A DNA stretch of 64,000 nucleotides from Thermoanaerobaculia bacterium (GCA_027067575.1 JAMOVQ010000142.1:7127-71126); one strand, 5' to 3'. Shown: positions 38,417 through 53,337, counted from the first letter of the stretch. Notes: generated by a model not told the origin, from the sequence alone. Made by a program: numbers and translations.

Positions 38417-39706
38417 ATGGAAGACCGCTGGTCACAGCTCGCCCCGGACATCCGGCAGCTCCTCGGTGAGGAAGAGTACGAGACGTGGATCGCCCCGCTT
38501 CAGGTCGTTTCCGAGGCGCCCCGGTCGATCACGGTGGGCTCGGAAAACGCCATCGTGCTCGAGTGGGTCCGGGACCACTATCTCCACGATATCGAGACCG
38601 TCGCGCGGAGCCGGTTCGGCCGGGACTTCCAGCTGCTGATCGACAACGGTTCCACGAGCGGTGAGTCATCGACGATCCAACCCGCAAACCCGCTGCCGTT
38701 CGCCATGAACCCTGCGTTCACCTTCGAGCGGTTCGTCGTCGGACCATCGAACCAGTTCGCAGCAGCAGCAGCCGAGGCGGTTGCGGACCAACCTGGACGT
38801 TCGTACAACCCCCTGTTCCTCTATGGTGGATCCGGCCTCGGAAAGACGCACCTATTGCACGCCATCGCCCACAGGGTCCACGCCCGGCACCCGGAGCTCA
38901 GAGTCGAGTACCTGACGACGGAGCAGTTCGTCAACGACCTGATCAACTGTATCCGGCGCAAGAAGATGGAGGAGTTCCGGGACCGGTTCCGCCACCTCGA
39001 CGTGCTGCTACTCGACGACATCCAGTTCATCTCCGGCAAGGAACGAACCCAGGAAGAGTTCTTTCATACCTTCAACACGCTCCAGTCCGCCGACCGTCAG
39101 GTGGTCTTCACCTCCGACTCGAGACCCGCCGACCTCCCAGGCCTCGAGGAACGCCTGCGCTCAAGGTTCCTCCAGGGACTCCTGGCCGACATCCAACCTC
39201 CGGACCTCGAAACCCGCTGCGCGATCCTTCGCGAGAAGGCCCGGGCCGCTGGGTGGGAGCTCCCCGAGGAAGTCGTCCTGTTCATCGCGCGGCGCGTCCA
39301 GAAGAACGTTCGCGAACTCGAGGGCTGCCTCAACCGGACCATCGCCTACGCTCAGCTGACGAACCTCCCGGTCACCGTCGAGCTTGTTCGCAAGGCGCTC
39401 TCCGAGCTCCTTCCGGAGGAGCGGGAGCTGACCCCCGCCGAGATCATCCGGTTCGTCGCCCATCACTATGGCGTCCGGGTCGCCGACCTCAAGGGACGGT
39501 CGAACCGCCGCTCGATCTCCCTCCCACGCCAGGTCGCCATGTACCTCGTCCGGAAGATTCTCGGCCTGAGCTACCCGGACATCGGCCGCCTGTTCTCGAA
39601 GCACCATTCCACAGCGATCTACGCCGTGGAAAACATCGAGAAACAAAGACAATCCAACCCAGATTTCGACGCGACGCTCACATCGTTCGTCGATCATTTC
39701 CACTGA
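38417..39706 (+). CDS. dnaA: Chromosomal replication initiator DnaA
   Basis: ATG 38417 (MEDRWSQLAPDIRQLLGEEEYETWIAPL). YNPLFLYGGSGLGKTHLLHAI Walker A, LLLDDIQF, the box VII region, and the C-terminal HTH SLPRQVAMYLVRKILGLSYPDIGRLFSKHHSTAIYA. 429 aa. Confidence 0.95.
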   Translation: MEDRWSQLAPDIRQLLGEEEYETWIAPLQVVSEAPRSITVGSENAIVLEWVRDHYLHDIETVARSRFGRDFQLLIDNGSTSGESSTIQPANPLPFAMNPAFTFERFVVGPSNQFAAAAAEAVADQPGRSYNPLFLYGGSGLGKTHLLHAIAHRVHARHPELRVEYLTTEQFVNDLINCIRRKKMEEFRDRFRHLDVLLLDDIQFISGKERTQEEFFHTFNTLQSADRQVVFTSDSRPADLPGLEERLRSRFLQGLLADIQPPDLETRCAILREKARAAGWELPEEVVLFIARRVQKNVRELEGCLNRTIAYAQLTNLPVTVELVRKALSELLPEERELTPAEIIRFVAHHYGVRVADLKGRSNRRSISLPRQVAMYLVRKILGLSYPDIGRLFSKHHSTAIYAVENIEKQRQSNPDFDATLTSFVDHFH

Positions 39707-39900
39707 GGTTGTGAAATGCCCGTCCCTTCCACAACCGTTCACAGCCGACCCACAACACTTTCCACAGGAGTCTGCTCGCTCAAGTCTCGACTCAGCAGAA
39801 CCATGGGAAAGAATGCACAGACCGACAGGCCTCGACGACGATGACTATCTGTAGTATATTTCTTTTCGTCATAGACTTAGATGCCTCCGAGGAGCTGTGA
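39707..39900. other. Candidate oriC (DnaA-box cluster plus AT-rich unwinding element) in the dnaA-dnaN spacer
   Basis: Four same-orientation boxes: CCTTCCACA (39725), CGTTCACAG (39736), GACCCACAA (39748) and CTTTCCACA (39758; 7/9 to TTATCCACA). Their CACA cores are spaced 10, 11 and 12 bp apart. About 80 bp downstream lies the only strongly AT-rich run I noticed, ATGACTATCTGTAGTATATTTCTTTTCGTCATAGACTTAGAT (39841..39882). Confidence 0.55.
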
Positions 39901-41004
39901 ATGGATCTAAAACTCCACCAAAGTGACGTCCTCCGAGAGCTTTCCCTCGTCCATGGTGTTGTGGAACGCCGGAGCCCCATCCCGATCCTCGCCAACATCC
40001 TTCTTGAGGCCAGCGGGGACCGCCTCCGGCTGACCGCCACGGATCTCGACATGACCGTCATGACGTCATGCCCCGCGGAGGTGCGGGCCGAGGGCCGGCT
40101 GACCGTGGCGAGTACGGTGTTCCAGGAGCTCGTTCGAAACCTCCCAGAGGAGGAGTTCACCGTCAGGCTCGACGGGGAGGGCGTGATCATCTCGAGCGGC
40201 CGGTTCACTTCCAGGATGGCGATCCTCGACGCCGGGGAGTTTCCCACGGTGCCGGAGGAGCCTCCGGATGACGGTTTTCCAGTCTCGCTCCCGCTGCTCC
40301 AGACGATGTTCTCGCGCGTCGCCTTCGCCATCACGAAGGAGGATCCAAAGTTCCAGCTCAACGGAGCGTTGATCCGTTTTCTCCCAGGAGAGCTCGAGAT
40401 CGCCGCGACGGACGGGCACCGTCTTGCTGTGGTTCGCGCCCGAACGGAGGGTAGCGATCCGCCGTTCGAGCGCCAGCTGTTTCCGAGGAAGCTTCTGGCC
40501 GAGTTCTCCCGGTTCGATGGGGAGCACGTGCTGCTGTCGGTCCATGAGAACCACGTCGGGTTCCGGATGGGATCCCGTTCACTGATCTCGAGAATCGTCG
40601 ATCTTCGGTTCCCGCAGTACGAGAAGGTCATCGTCCGGGACAACCCGCACCGGGCTCGGGTCGGCCGTCAGGAACTCCTGACGGCGCTCCGGCGGGTCAG
40701 CCTCCTCGCCCACGAGAAGGCTCGTGGGGTGCGGTTCCGGTTTGGCACCGATGGCGAACTGACGCTGGTCTCCATCGGCCAGGAGCTGGGTACGGCGGAG
40801 GAGGTTCTGGCCGTCGACTACCAGGGAGCGCCCATCGATATGGCGCTCAACGCGATGTACGTGATCGACGTCCTCAATGTGCTGGAAACGGATCAGGTTG
40901 AGATCCAGCTGAAGGATGCAGCCACCCAGTGCGTCATCGTGCCCGTGGACGATGACGGGCGCCTCGAGGAGTACATCTACGTGGTCATGCCCATGCGGGT
41001 CTGA
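39901..41004 (+). CDS. dnaN: DNA polymerase III beta sliding clamp
   Basis: 367 aa with a three-domain clamp pattern (LANILLEASGDRLRLTATDLDMT..., ATDGHRLA..., PMRV C-terminus). Canonical position after dnaA. Confidence 0.95.
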   Translation: MDLKLHQSDVLRELSLVHGVVERRSPIPILANILLEASGDRLRLTATDLDMTVMTSCPAEVRAEGRLTVASTVFQELVRNLPEEEFTVRLDGEGVIISSGRFTSRMAILDAGEFPTVPEEPPDDGFPVSLPLLQTMFSRVAFAITKEDPKFQLNGALIRFLPGELEIAATDGHRLAVVRARTEGSDPPFERQLFPRKLLAEFSRFDGEHVLLSVHENHVGFRMGSRSLISRIVDLRFPQYEKVIVRDNPHRARVGRQELLTALRRVSLLAHEKARGVRFRFGTDGELTLVSIGQELGTAEEVLAVDYQGAPIDMALNAMYVIDVLNVLETDQVEIQLKDAATQCVIVPVDDDGRLEEYIYVVMPMRV

Positions 41005-41009
41005 ACACG

Positions 41010-42131
41010 GTGCATCTTGAGTCGCTCGAGACCACGGGTTTCCGGAACCTCCGGAACGGCGCGGTCCAGTTCGGTCCGGGCTGGAACCTCGTGCTCGGAG
41101 CGAACGGCCAGGGCAAGACGAACCTTCTGGAGGCGATCACTGTCCTCGGGACGCTCCGGTCGTTTCGTACGCAGAACCTCCGCCGGGCCGTCCGCCACGG
41201 AGAACGCCGGTTCGTCCTCCGCGGTCTGTTCCGGACGGGTAATCTGGCAAGGGAGCTCGCCATGGAGCTCACCTTCGGTCCGGCCCCCAGGAGGCGGCTC
41301 CTGCTCGATGGTTCAGCCGTCGAGCCACGCCGGTATCTCCAGACCGTCCGGGTCGCGGTCCTGACCGGGAGGCGGGAGAACATCGTCTCCGGAGAGCCGC
41401 GGATCCGGAGGGCGTTCCTCGACCGGCTCGTCTTCCAGCTCCGGCCGGCGATGTTCGACGTCCTTCGCGCCTACCGGAGGCTCCTCGCCCAGCGGAACGC
41501 GTGGCTTCGCTCCGGCGGATCGTCCTCGGAGGCCGACGTCTGGGAGTCGGTCCTGGCGCGGGAGGCGGCGACCATCGTTGTGGCGAGGCGGCAGGTGGTC
41601 GCCCGGCTCGAACCCGTCTTCCGAGAGCTGATCCGGGAGGTCGGTGCCGGACGGCTCCCCGAGGTCGGGCTGTCGTACCGTGCCGAGAGCTGGCTTCCCG
41701 CGGGGGAGGCCGCCGCCGAGCTGGCGGAAAAGTATGGAATGATGTATCATTCGGCGCGTGAAAGGGATGGAAGGCTGGGTTTTACAGGGTATGGACCCCA
41801 CCGCCACGACCTGCAGGTGACAGCGGAGGGTCGCCCGGCAGCGGAAAATCTGAGTGCTGGCCAGGCAAGGCTCGTCGCGGCGGTTCTCAGGCTTGCGGCG
41901 GTGGAGCTTGTCGAGGGGAAGACTCCTCCCGACGGGCCGGGGATCGTTGTGATGGACGACGCCGATTCAGAGCTCGATCCGGAGGCGTTCCGGGCCCTGC
42001 TCACACGGGTCGGCAGGGGACGCCAGGTGATCCTTTCCAGTCCCAGGGAAGCGGAGGTCCGGAGCGCCGTGGCCACGGGAACGGTGCTCCGGGTGCTCGA
42101 CGGAGCCGTCCTTGGCGGACGCGGAGACTGA
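41010..42131 (+). CDS. recF: DNA replication and repair protein RecF
   Basis: GTG start. FRNLRNGAVQFGPGWNLVLGANGQGKTNLLEAI Walker A, the signature SAGQARLVAAVLRLA, and Walker B VVMDDADSELD. Confidence 0.92.
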   Translation: MHLESLETTGFRNLRNGAVQFGPGWNLVLGANGQGKTNLLEAITVLGTLRSFRTQNLRRAVRHGERRFVLRGLFRTGNLARELAMELTFGPAPRRRLLLDGSAVEPRRYLQTVRVAVLTGRRENIVSGEPRIRRAFLDRLVFQLRPAMFDVLRAYRRLLAQRNAWLRSGGSSSEADVWESVLAREAATIVVARRQVVARLEPVFRELIREVGAGRLPEVGLSYRAESWLPAGEAAAELAEKYGMMYHSARERDGRLGFTGYGPHRHDLQVTAEGRPAAENLSAGQARLVAAVLRLAAVELVEGKTPPDGPGIVVMDDADSELDPEAFRALLTRVGRGRQVILSSPREAEVRSAVATGTVLRVLDGAVLGGRGD

Positions 42132-47037
<4,906 letters not shown>

Positions 47038-47044
47038 CGGAAGG

Positions 47045-47614
47045 ATGCCCGTGGACGATCACACCCGGATCCCGCCCCGCGCCGTGGTCCACCAGGAGGG
47101 GGTCGTCGCCCTGCTCGCCGTCGCCGGGCTCGGGTTGCGCGACGGGACCCCGCTGACCGGCCTCGCGCCCCGCGGCGGCCTTGTCGCCGGTCTCGGCGCG
47201 GGCCTTCTGGCGGCCCTCGTCCTCTCGGCCGCGCTTTGGGGCCTGGAACGTTCCGGGGTACCCGGGATGGCCCGGCTGGTTGCGTGGCAACGGCGGCTCG
47301 TCTCCGGGTGGGGACCGGCCGAGGCGATGGCCGTGGCCGTCTTCTCCGGCCTCGCCGAAGAGGCATTCGTCCGGGCGCTGCTCCAGCCGTGGATCGGGCT
47401 CGTTCCCGCTGCCCTGGTGTTCGGGCTCCTCCACCTTCCACCCTCGCGGGAGGCGTGGTTCTGGCCGGTGATGGCGTTCGGCCTGGGGATCGCGCTGGGC
47501 CTCGTCTTCGCCCGGTGGGGGTACCCGGCCGCGGCGGCGGCCCACGCCGGGATCAACGCCCTCGGCTTCCTCCGGCTCCTCCGGGGGGGTGCCGGAGACG
47601 GTACCGGGGTGTAG
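47045..47614 (+). CDS. CPBP family intramembrane glutamic endopeptidase (CAAX protease-like)
   Basis: ATG 47045 behind GGAAGG. TM-rich, with the EE..R motif ([13 protein letters not shown]), FGLLH and HAGIN motifs. Confidence 0.75.
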   Translation: MPVDDHTRIPPRAVVHQEGVVALLAVAGLGLRDGTPLTGLAPRGGLVAGLGAGLLAALVLSAALWGLERSGVPGMARLVAWQRRLVSGWGPAEAMAVAVFSGLAEEAFVRALLQPWIGLVPAALVFGLLHLPPSREAWFWPVMAFGLGIALGLVFARWGYPAAAAAHAGINALGFLRLLRGGAGDGTGV

Positions 47615-47648
47615 AATGAGCCCGCGCGTCCGCGCGCGGGGAGGATCC

Positions 47649-48536
47649 ATGCGTTTCGACGACGAGCAGTTCCGCGTCAAGGTCGGGCTGGCCGAGATGC
47701 TCAAGGGTGGCGTGATCATGGACGTGACGACGGCCGAGCAGGCGAAGATCGCCGAGGAGGCCGGGGCCGCGGCGGTCATGGCGCTCGAGCGCGTGCCGGC
47801 GGACATCCGTGCCGAGGGCGGCGTGGCCCGGATGGCGCCCGTGGAGAAGATCCAGGAGATCCAGGAGGCCGTCTCGATCCCGGTGATGGCCAAGTGCCGG
47901 ATCGGCCACGTGGCCGAGGCCAGGATCCTCGAGGCGCTGGAGGTGGACTTCATCGACGAGAGCGAGGTCCTGACCCCGGCGGACGAGGAGAACCACGTGG
48001 CCAAGCACGGCTTCAAGGTGCCGTTCGTCTGCGGGTGCCGCAACCTGGGCGAGGCGCTGCGCCGGATCGGCGAGGGCGCGGCGATGATCCGCACCAAGGG
48101 CGAGGCGGGCTCCGGGAACATCGTCGAAGCCGTCCGGCACCTGAGGACCGTCCAGCGCCAGATCAGGACGCTGACGATCCTCGACGAGCACGAGCTGATG
48201 GCGGAGGCCAAGGCGCTCCAGGCGCCGTACGAGCTCGTCCGGTGGGTCGCGGAGAACGGCCGGCTGCCCGTCCCGAACTTCGCCGCCGGCGGCGTCGCCA
48301 CGCCCGCCGACGCCGCGCTGTGCATGATGCTCGGCGCCGAGTCGGTGTTCGTCGGGTCGGGGATCTTCAAGTCGTCCGACCCGGCGCCCAGGGCGCGGGC
48401 GATCGTCCAGGCCGTTACCCACTGGCAGGACCCGGCCCGGCTCGCCGAGCTCTCGAAGGGCCTCGGGGACCCCATGTCCGGGCTCGACGTGGCGAAGCTG
48501 TCGCCGGAGGAGATGCTGTCCCGCCGGGGATGGTGA
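47649..48536 (+). CDS. pdxS: Pyridoxal 5'-phosphate synthase lyase subunit PdxS
   Basis: ATG 47649 behind [52 protein letters not shown]...[10 protein letters not shown]...[11 protein letters not shown]...GEAGSGN. 295 aa. Confidence 0.95.
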   Translation: MRFDDEQFRVKVGLAEMLKGGVIMDVTTAEQAKIAEEAGAAAVMALERVPADIRAEGGVARMAPVEKIQEIQEAVSIPVMAKCRIGHVAEARILEALEVDFIDESEVLTPADEENHVAKHGFKVPFVCGCRNLGEALRRIGEGAAMIRTKGEAGSGNIVEAVRHLRTVQRQIRTLTILDEHELMAEAKALQAPYELVRWVAENGRLPVPNFAAGGVATPADAALCMMLGAESVFVGSGIFKSSDPAPRARAIVQAVTHWQDPARLAELSKGLGDPMSGLDVAKLSPEEMLSRRGW

Positions 48537-49108
48537 TGCGGGTCGGCGTCCTCGCCCTCCAGGGCGATTTCGAGGCCCACGCCGCGGCGCTCGGGCGGCT
48601 GGGGGTCGAGGCCGTTCCGGTCCGGACGGCCGAGGGGCTCGAGGGCGTCGACGCCCTCGTGCTCCCCGGAGGGGAGTCCACCACCATGCTCCGGCTGATG
48701 GCGGTGGAGGGCCTCGACGGCGCCATCGCCGCACGGGTGCGCGCCGGGATGCCGGTGCTGGCCACCTGCGCCGGCGTGGTCCTCCTGGCGCGGGAGGTCA
48801 ACCCGGACCAGCCCTCCCTCGGGCTGCTCGACGTCGCGGTCCGGCGCAACGCCTACGGCCGGCAGGTGGCGTCGGCGGTGGTGCCCGTGCGGCTCGCACC
48901 GGCCCTCGGCGAACCGCCCGGGATGGAGGGCGTCTTCATCCGCGCGCCGCGGATCACCCGGACCGGCCCCGGCGTCGAGCCGCTGGGCTGGCGGGACGGT
49001 GATCCCGTCCTCGTGCGGCAGGATCGGATCGTCGCCGCGACGTTCCACCCGGAGCTGACCGCCGATTCCAGGGTCCACCGGCTCCTGCTCGAGACGGCCC
49101 GTGCCTGA
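48536..49108 (+). CDS. pdxT: Pyridoxal 5'-phosphate synthase glutaminase subunit PdxT
   Basis: [15 protein letters not shown]...LVLPGGESTT...LATCAG (Cys nucleophile)...RNAYGRQ...FIRAP...ATFHPELT. ATG 48536 overlaps the pdxS stop (TGATG); alternative ATG 48530. Confidence 0.9.
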   Translation: MRVGVLALQGDFEAHAAALGRLGVEAVPVRTAEGLEGVDALVLPGGESTTMLRLMAVEGLDGAIAARVRAGMPVLATCAGVVLLAREVNPDQPSLGLLDVAVRRNAYGRQVASAVVPVRLAPALGEPPGMEGVFIRAPRITRTGPGVEPLGWRDGDPVLVRQDRIVAATFHPELTADSRVHRLLLETARA

Positions 49109-50054
49109 CAGTTCCCTCCTGGCCGCCCTCGGGCTCCCGCCCCGCCCCGCTCCCGGTCAGGCCGTGCGGGCCGTGGCGCTCCGCGTGCCGGTGGTGCTCG
49201 GCGGGCGGACCGGTGCCCCGCGGAGCCCAGGGGAGACGGCGGCCGCGCGGGACGGCGCGACCCCGGCCGAGGCCGCGGCGCTGCTCGCCGCCCTGCTCCC
49301 TGGGGCCAGTGTCCGGGATGCCGGGTCCGGGATGCCGCGGGTGGAGGCCTCGAGCGGTGTCACCGGACCCGGGATCCCGGTCCTCGCCGTCCCAACGCCC
49401 GTGGATGGCCCGGACGGGCCGTACCGGTCCGCCCCTTCCGGCGTCGAACGGGAACGCGGCGGCGTCTGGGAGCGGTTCGACACGGGCCTTCCCGAGAACG
49501 GCCCCGGGCTCCTCCTGTTCACGCCCGAGGCCCGCTGGGTGATCGCGGGGGGGCGGGCCGTGGTGGAGGATCCGTTCTCGACGGTGACGGCGGCGCTTCC
49601 CCGCCACCGCGCCGAGGCGCTCCTCGTGCGGAGGCTCCGGTTCGCCCCGGGGATCCTCGAGCGCACCGGCCCGGAGGCGGAGGCCCCGGCGCCCCCAGCG
49701 CTCGAGGTGGCGCGGCACGCCGCCCTGCTCGAGGGGGCGCCGTGGGACGATCCGGCTCGCCTCCTCGGCGCACGGGAGGGCGTGGAACGGGTCGAGGGCA
49801 CCGGGTCGCGGCTCGTCCTGGAGCTCGTCACGGGCGACCGGGCCGTGTTCGAGATCGAAGCGACCGGCGGCTGCTGGCGCGCGCGGCTCGTGGAGGGCGC
49901 CTTCCCGGCCGCCGCCGCCTGGGCCGAACGCGACGGGAAGCGCATCCGGTACGGCTGGCGCCCCGCCCCGGACCTCGACCCCCTCGACCCCGCCACCCGC
50001 GCCCGCCTCGCCTTCGACCTCCTCTCCGACCTGATCCGCCTCGCCGGGACATAG
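49101..50054 (+). CDS. Hypothetical protein (317 aa), translationally overlapped with pdxT
   Basis: GTG 49101 overlaps the pdxT 3' end by 8 nt. Composition is balanced (D, E, F and W present), unlike the Arg/Ser/Pro-rich antisense ORF 49157..50215. I recognise no motif. Confidence 0.45.
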   Translation: MPDSSLLAALGLPPRPAPGQAVRAVALRVPVVLGGRTGAPRSPGETAAARDGATPAEAAALLAALLPGASVRDAGSGMPRVEASSGVTGPGIPVLAVPTPVDGPDGPYRSAPSGVERERGGVWERFDTGLPENGPGLLLFTPEARWVIAGGRAVVEDPFSTVTAALPRHRAEALLVRRLRFAPGILERTGPEAEAPAPPALEVARHAALLEGAPWDDPARLLGAREGVERVEGTGSRLVLELVTGDRAVFEIEATGGCWRARLVEGAFPAAAAWAERDGKRIRYGWRPAPDLDPLDPATRARLAFDLLSDLIRLAGT

Positions 50055-50230
50055 GGACACTGTTTTTCTTCGGAGGGAAGGGACCAACGGTCCTCTCGTC
50101 CCCCCGGAGCCGGCGGGGGATGGATAGTCTTCGGCGGACGAGGGACCCTGTCCTTTCCGGCGGACCCGACCGGGGAGGGGACACTCCCCGACGCTTCCGC
50201 CCGGGCAGGGGACACTCCCCGCGCTTGCCC
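50054..50230. repeat. Intergenic repeats with GGGACACT cores, including a 31-bp tandem duplication
   Basis: GGGACACTG at 50054 and the variant GGGACCCTGTCC near 50142. GGGGACACTCCCCGACGCTTCCGCCC (50177) is followed by GGGGACACTCCCCGCGCTTGCCC (50208). Confidence 0.6.
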
Positions 50231-50263
50231 ACGGTCGAAGTGCCGTGTGCGGGGGCCGTGCGC

Positions 50264-51352
50264 TCAGGGAACGTCGTGGGCGGAGGGACCTTTTTCGCGC
50301 AGGCCGAGGGCGAGCCTCGCGGCGGCCCACGCCACGAGGAGGCCCACGAGGCCGTCCACCATGTAGTGCCACCCCGTCGCCACGGAACAGAACCAGGTCG
50401 CCAGGGTCATGGCGAGGAACAGGGGGGCCCACCGGCTGCCGATCCTCCTGGCCCAGAGCCAGAGGTAGGCGTGGGTCGCGACGTGCAGGCTTGGCATGGC
50501 GGCGATGCCGTACTCCTGGACGATGTGCCGGGTCTGGCCGGAGACGACGGCGAGGTAGTTCTTCAGCAGCGCGGCCTGGAGGGCGGCCGCGAAGGGGAAG
50601 ACGCCGGCGACCTCCTGCCAGAGCGATCTCGTGAAGAAGACCGGGCCGAGCACGGGGAACGCGACGTATAGGAGGGCGCCCGCACCCCACAGCACGATCC
50701 AGCCCGCGGCGAAAGAGGAACGGTTCCGCGGCGAGGGATCGGCCAGGTACCAGGCGGCGAAGACGACGAACAGCGTGACGAACGAGTAGTAGTACTGGTC
50801 GATGGCCGGGCCAAGCCACCGCGGGCCTTGGCTCAAGATGGTGACGAGGAAGACGTTTGGGTCGATGCCGAGGCAGAGCGCCCGGTCCAGGGCCGCCATC
50901 GCCGCGTCCCAGCGCGCCTCGTTGATCAGCGGGACGTGGACCTTGAGCGTCGTGTAGCCGGCGACCAGCGCGGTCATCAGCAGCAGGACGCCGGCCATGT
51001 CGACGAGCTGGGGCCACCGCGGGAGGCGCCGGGTGACGATGGAACGCAGGACGAGCACCGCGACGAAGAACCGGGTCATGATCCACAGGTAGCGGGGGGA
51101 GGAGGCCCACATGGGGAACTCGCTGCCGGTCAGGTGGACGGCGGCCGTTCCGGCGATCACAACCAGAGCGACGGTCGAGGCGGCGACGGCGCCCGCCGGG
51201 CCGATCCATGCGCGGATCCAGGCCGTGGTGGCCTCCGCTCCGGCCCCTTCCGTTGCCCCGCCGCCATCGGCGACCGGGTCTTCCGGTCCTCCGTTCGGTG
51301 GAGTGGCTCGGGGGAGGTCTTCGCCGGCAGGCATCGGGGGCGAGTCTAGCAT
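50264..51352 (-). CDS. PAP2-superfamily polytopic membrane protein (AUR1/sphingolipid-synthase-like PAP2_C type)
   Basis: Multiple TM helices. The C-terminal motifs AAMPSLHVATH and GWHYMVDG resemble the SxH / HxxxD phosphatidic-acid-phosphatase type 2 signature. Confidence 0.65.
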   Translation of the reverse strand: MLDSPPMPAGEDLPRATPPNGGPEDPVADGGGATEGAGAEATTAWIRAWIGPAGAVAASTVALVVIAGTAAVHLTGSEFPMWASSPRYLWIMTRFFVAVLVLRSIVTRRLPRWPQLVDMAGVLLLMTALVAGYTTLKVHVPLINEARWDAAMAALDRALCLGIDPNVFLVTILSQGPRWLGPAIDQYYYSFVTLFVVFAAWYLADPSPRNRSSFAAGWIVLWGAGALLYVAFPVLGPVFFTRSLWQEVAGVFPFAAALQAALLKNYLAVVSGQTRHIVQEYGIAAMPSLHVATHAYLWLWARRIGSRWAPLFLAMTLATWFCSVATGWHYMVDGLVGLLVAWAAARLALGLREKGPSAHDVP

Positions 51353-51407
51353 CGCCGGTGGTTCCGGACCCTCGGGTCTCCACCACGGCCGGACGTGGCC
51401 GCCGTCC

Positions 51408-52187
51408 TCAGAACGTGTAGGTGCGGCCCTGGACGAGTTCCTCCACGGGGTGGGGGAAGGAGGTGTCCGCGATCTCCTCGCGGAGGCGGTCCACGTACGG
51501 GGGCTTGAAGTGGTAGAGGTAGACGGGCACCTCCCGGCGGAGCTTGGCGAGCTCGTTCCGGAGGAGGCGGGGCGTCAGGTGCCGGGCGACCCGGGCGATC
51601 GCCTCCTCCTCCGAGGGGAAGGAGCACTCGACGATCACGGCCCGGAGATCCCGAGCCCCGTTGGCGAGCTCCCAGATCCGGTCGGTGGGGCCGGTGTCCG
51701 AGGTGAAGACGATGGACGAGCCGCCCTGCCGCAGCAGGAACCCGACGGTGGGAACCACGTGGTCCACGGCGACGGGCGAGACCTCGAGGTCGCCGCCCTC
51801 GAGCCCTGTGACGACAAACGGCCGCTCCTCCTCGACCTCCTCGAACCGGACGATCGGGTAGAGGTGGTTCGGGATCCGGGTGAAGTCCGGCCATGTGTCG
51901 TTGTTGAACACCGCCCTCCGGAGCCTGCCGAGCACGGAGCCCGTGGAGTGGATCGTCACGGAGCTCTTGTGGGTCCCGAAGACGTTCTCGATCAGGAACG
52001 GCAGCGAGGAGGTGTGGTCCATGTGGGAGTGGGAGATCAGGACGTGCCGGATCCGCCGCTGCTCCTCGAGCGAGAGCGCCTGGGTCGTGGAGCCCGCATC
52101 CACCGCCACGACCCCGTCCACGAGGAACGACGTCATCCTGCAGTCGGGGGAGGAGCCGCCGAAGCTGCCGAGCACCGTGAGCTTCAC
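51408..52187 (-). CDS. MBL-fold metallo-hydrolase (class II 3',5'-cyclic-nucleotide phosphodiesterase-like)
   Basis: GTG start. LISHSHMDH metal-binding motif, further D and H residues (VAVDHV, FTSDTG, LYHF). 259 aa. Confidence 0.75.
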   Translation of the reverse strand: MKLTVLGSFGGSSPDCRMTSFLVDGVVAVDAGSTTQALSLEEQRRIRHVLISHSHMDHTSSLPFLIENVFGTHKSSVTIHSTGSVLGRLRRAVFNNDTWPDFTRIPNHLYPIVRFEEVEEERPFVVTGLEGGDLEVSPVAVDHVVPTVGFLLRQGGSSIVFTSDTGPTDRIWELANGARDLRAVIVECSFPSEEEAIARVARHLTPRLLRNELAKLRREVPVYLYHFKPPYVDRLREEIADTSFPHPVEELVQGRTYTF

Positions 52188-52236
52188 GGAAACAGTATAC
52201 CCGGTGCGCGCCGGCGGGTCGGGGTAGGATGGTGAC

Positions 52237-53286
52237 GTGGATCATCCCGGTGCGGATGCGCTCGAGCGGCTCGCCCTCGTGCTGGCCGGCGCCCCGGCCG
52301 CGGTGAGGCGTGCTCTGGCGGCGGTGGGCCCCGACCCGTCGCCGTTCGACCGGCTGGCCTCGGAGGGGTTCGCCGCCGTGGTCCGGGCGGCCCGGCCGTT
52401 GCTGCGCGCCGAGGTCCCGGCGGTGCTCGAGCGGGTCGGGGCGGCGGGCTGGCGGTGGGCCGTTCCGGGCACGCCCGGGTACCCGGCGGGCGTTTCGGCG
52501 CTTTCCGATCCCCCACTCGGGTTGTTCGTCCGTGGGACGGTCCCCGAGGCACCAGGGGCGGCGGTTGTGGGTTCCCGCCGGGCCACGCCGTACGGGCGCC
52601 AGGTCGGGCGGCTGCTCGGCGAGGCGCTCGCGGCGGCCGGGGTGCCCGTGGTGTCCGGGATGGCGCGAGGGGTGGACGCCGCGGCACACGAGGGCGCCCT
52701 GGCGGGGGGCGGCCCGACCGTGGCCGTCTGGGGCGCCGGGCCGGACCGCGTCTACCCGCCGGAGCACGGGCCGCTGGCGGAGGCGATCGTCGATGGCGGC
52801 GGGGCGCTGGTTACGGAGTTCCCGCCGGGGACCCCCCCGAGGCCGCACCACTTTCCCCGGAGGAACCGGATCATTGTCGGGCTCGCGCGGGCCGTCGTGG
52901 TGGTGGAGGCCCGCGCCCGGTCCGGCGCGCTCAACACGGCCCGCCAGGCGCTGGACGAGGGCCGGGAGGTCTGGGCCGTGCCGGGTAGCATCCTGTCGGA
53001 GCTCTCCGTCGGGCCCAACGCCCTGATCCGGATGGGGGCCCGTCCGCTCCTCGTGCCAGACGAGCTCATCCGGGAGCTCGGGAGGCGGCCCGCCGTACCG
53101 GAGGGCGCCGGGGCGGACCCGCCGTCGCCGGTGCTCGACGCCATCCCCTCCGGGCGGTCGCTGCCCCCGGACGCCATCGCTGCCGCGGCCGGGCTGCCCG
53201 TCGGGGAGGTGCTGACGGCGCTGCTGACCCTCGAGCTCGAGGGCCGGGTCGAGCGCCTGCCCGACGGCAGCTACGCCCGCCGCTGA
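52237..53286 (+). CDS. dprA: DNA-processing protein DprA (Smf)
   Basis: PPLGLFVRG...AVVGSRRATPYGRQV...VVSGMARGVDAAAHEGAL...TVAVWGAGPDRVYPPEH...FPRRNRIIVGLARAVVVVEA...SGALNTA, with a C-terminal winged-helix-like region. Confidence 0.88.
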   Translation: MDHPGADALERLALVLAGAPAAVRRALAAVGPDPSPFDRLASEGFAAVVRAARPLLRAEVPAVLERVGAAGWRWAVPGTPGYPAGVSALSDPPLGLFVRGTVPEAPGAAVVGSRRATPYGRQVGRLLGEALAAAGVPVVSGMARGVDAAAHEGALAGGGPTVAVWGAGPDRVYPPEHGPLAEAIVDGGGALVTEFPPGTPPRPHHFPRRNRIIVGLARAVVVVEARARSGALNTARQALDEGREVWAVPGSILSELSVGPNALIRMGARPLLVPDELIRELGRRPAVPEGAGADPPSPVLDAIPSGRSLPPDAIAAAAGLPVGEVLTALLTLELEGRVERLPDGSYARR

Positions 53287-53337
53287 CCCTGCCGCGGCGG
53301 TTGTGCTAGGGTGAGCCGCCTGAGTGGAGGGAATGGG

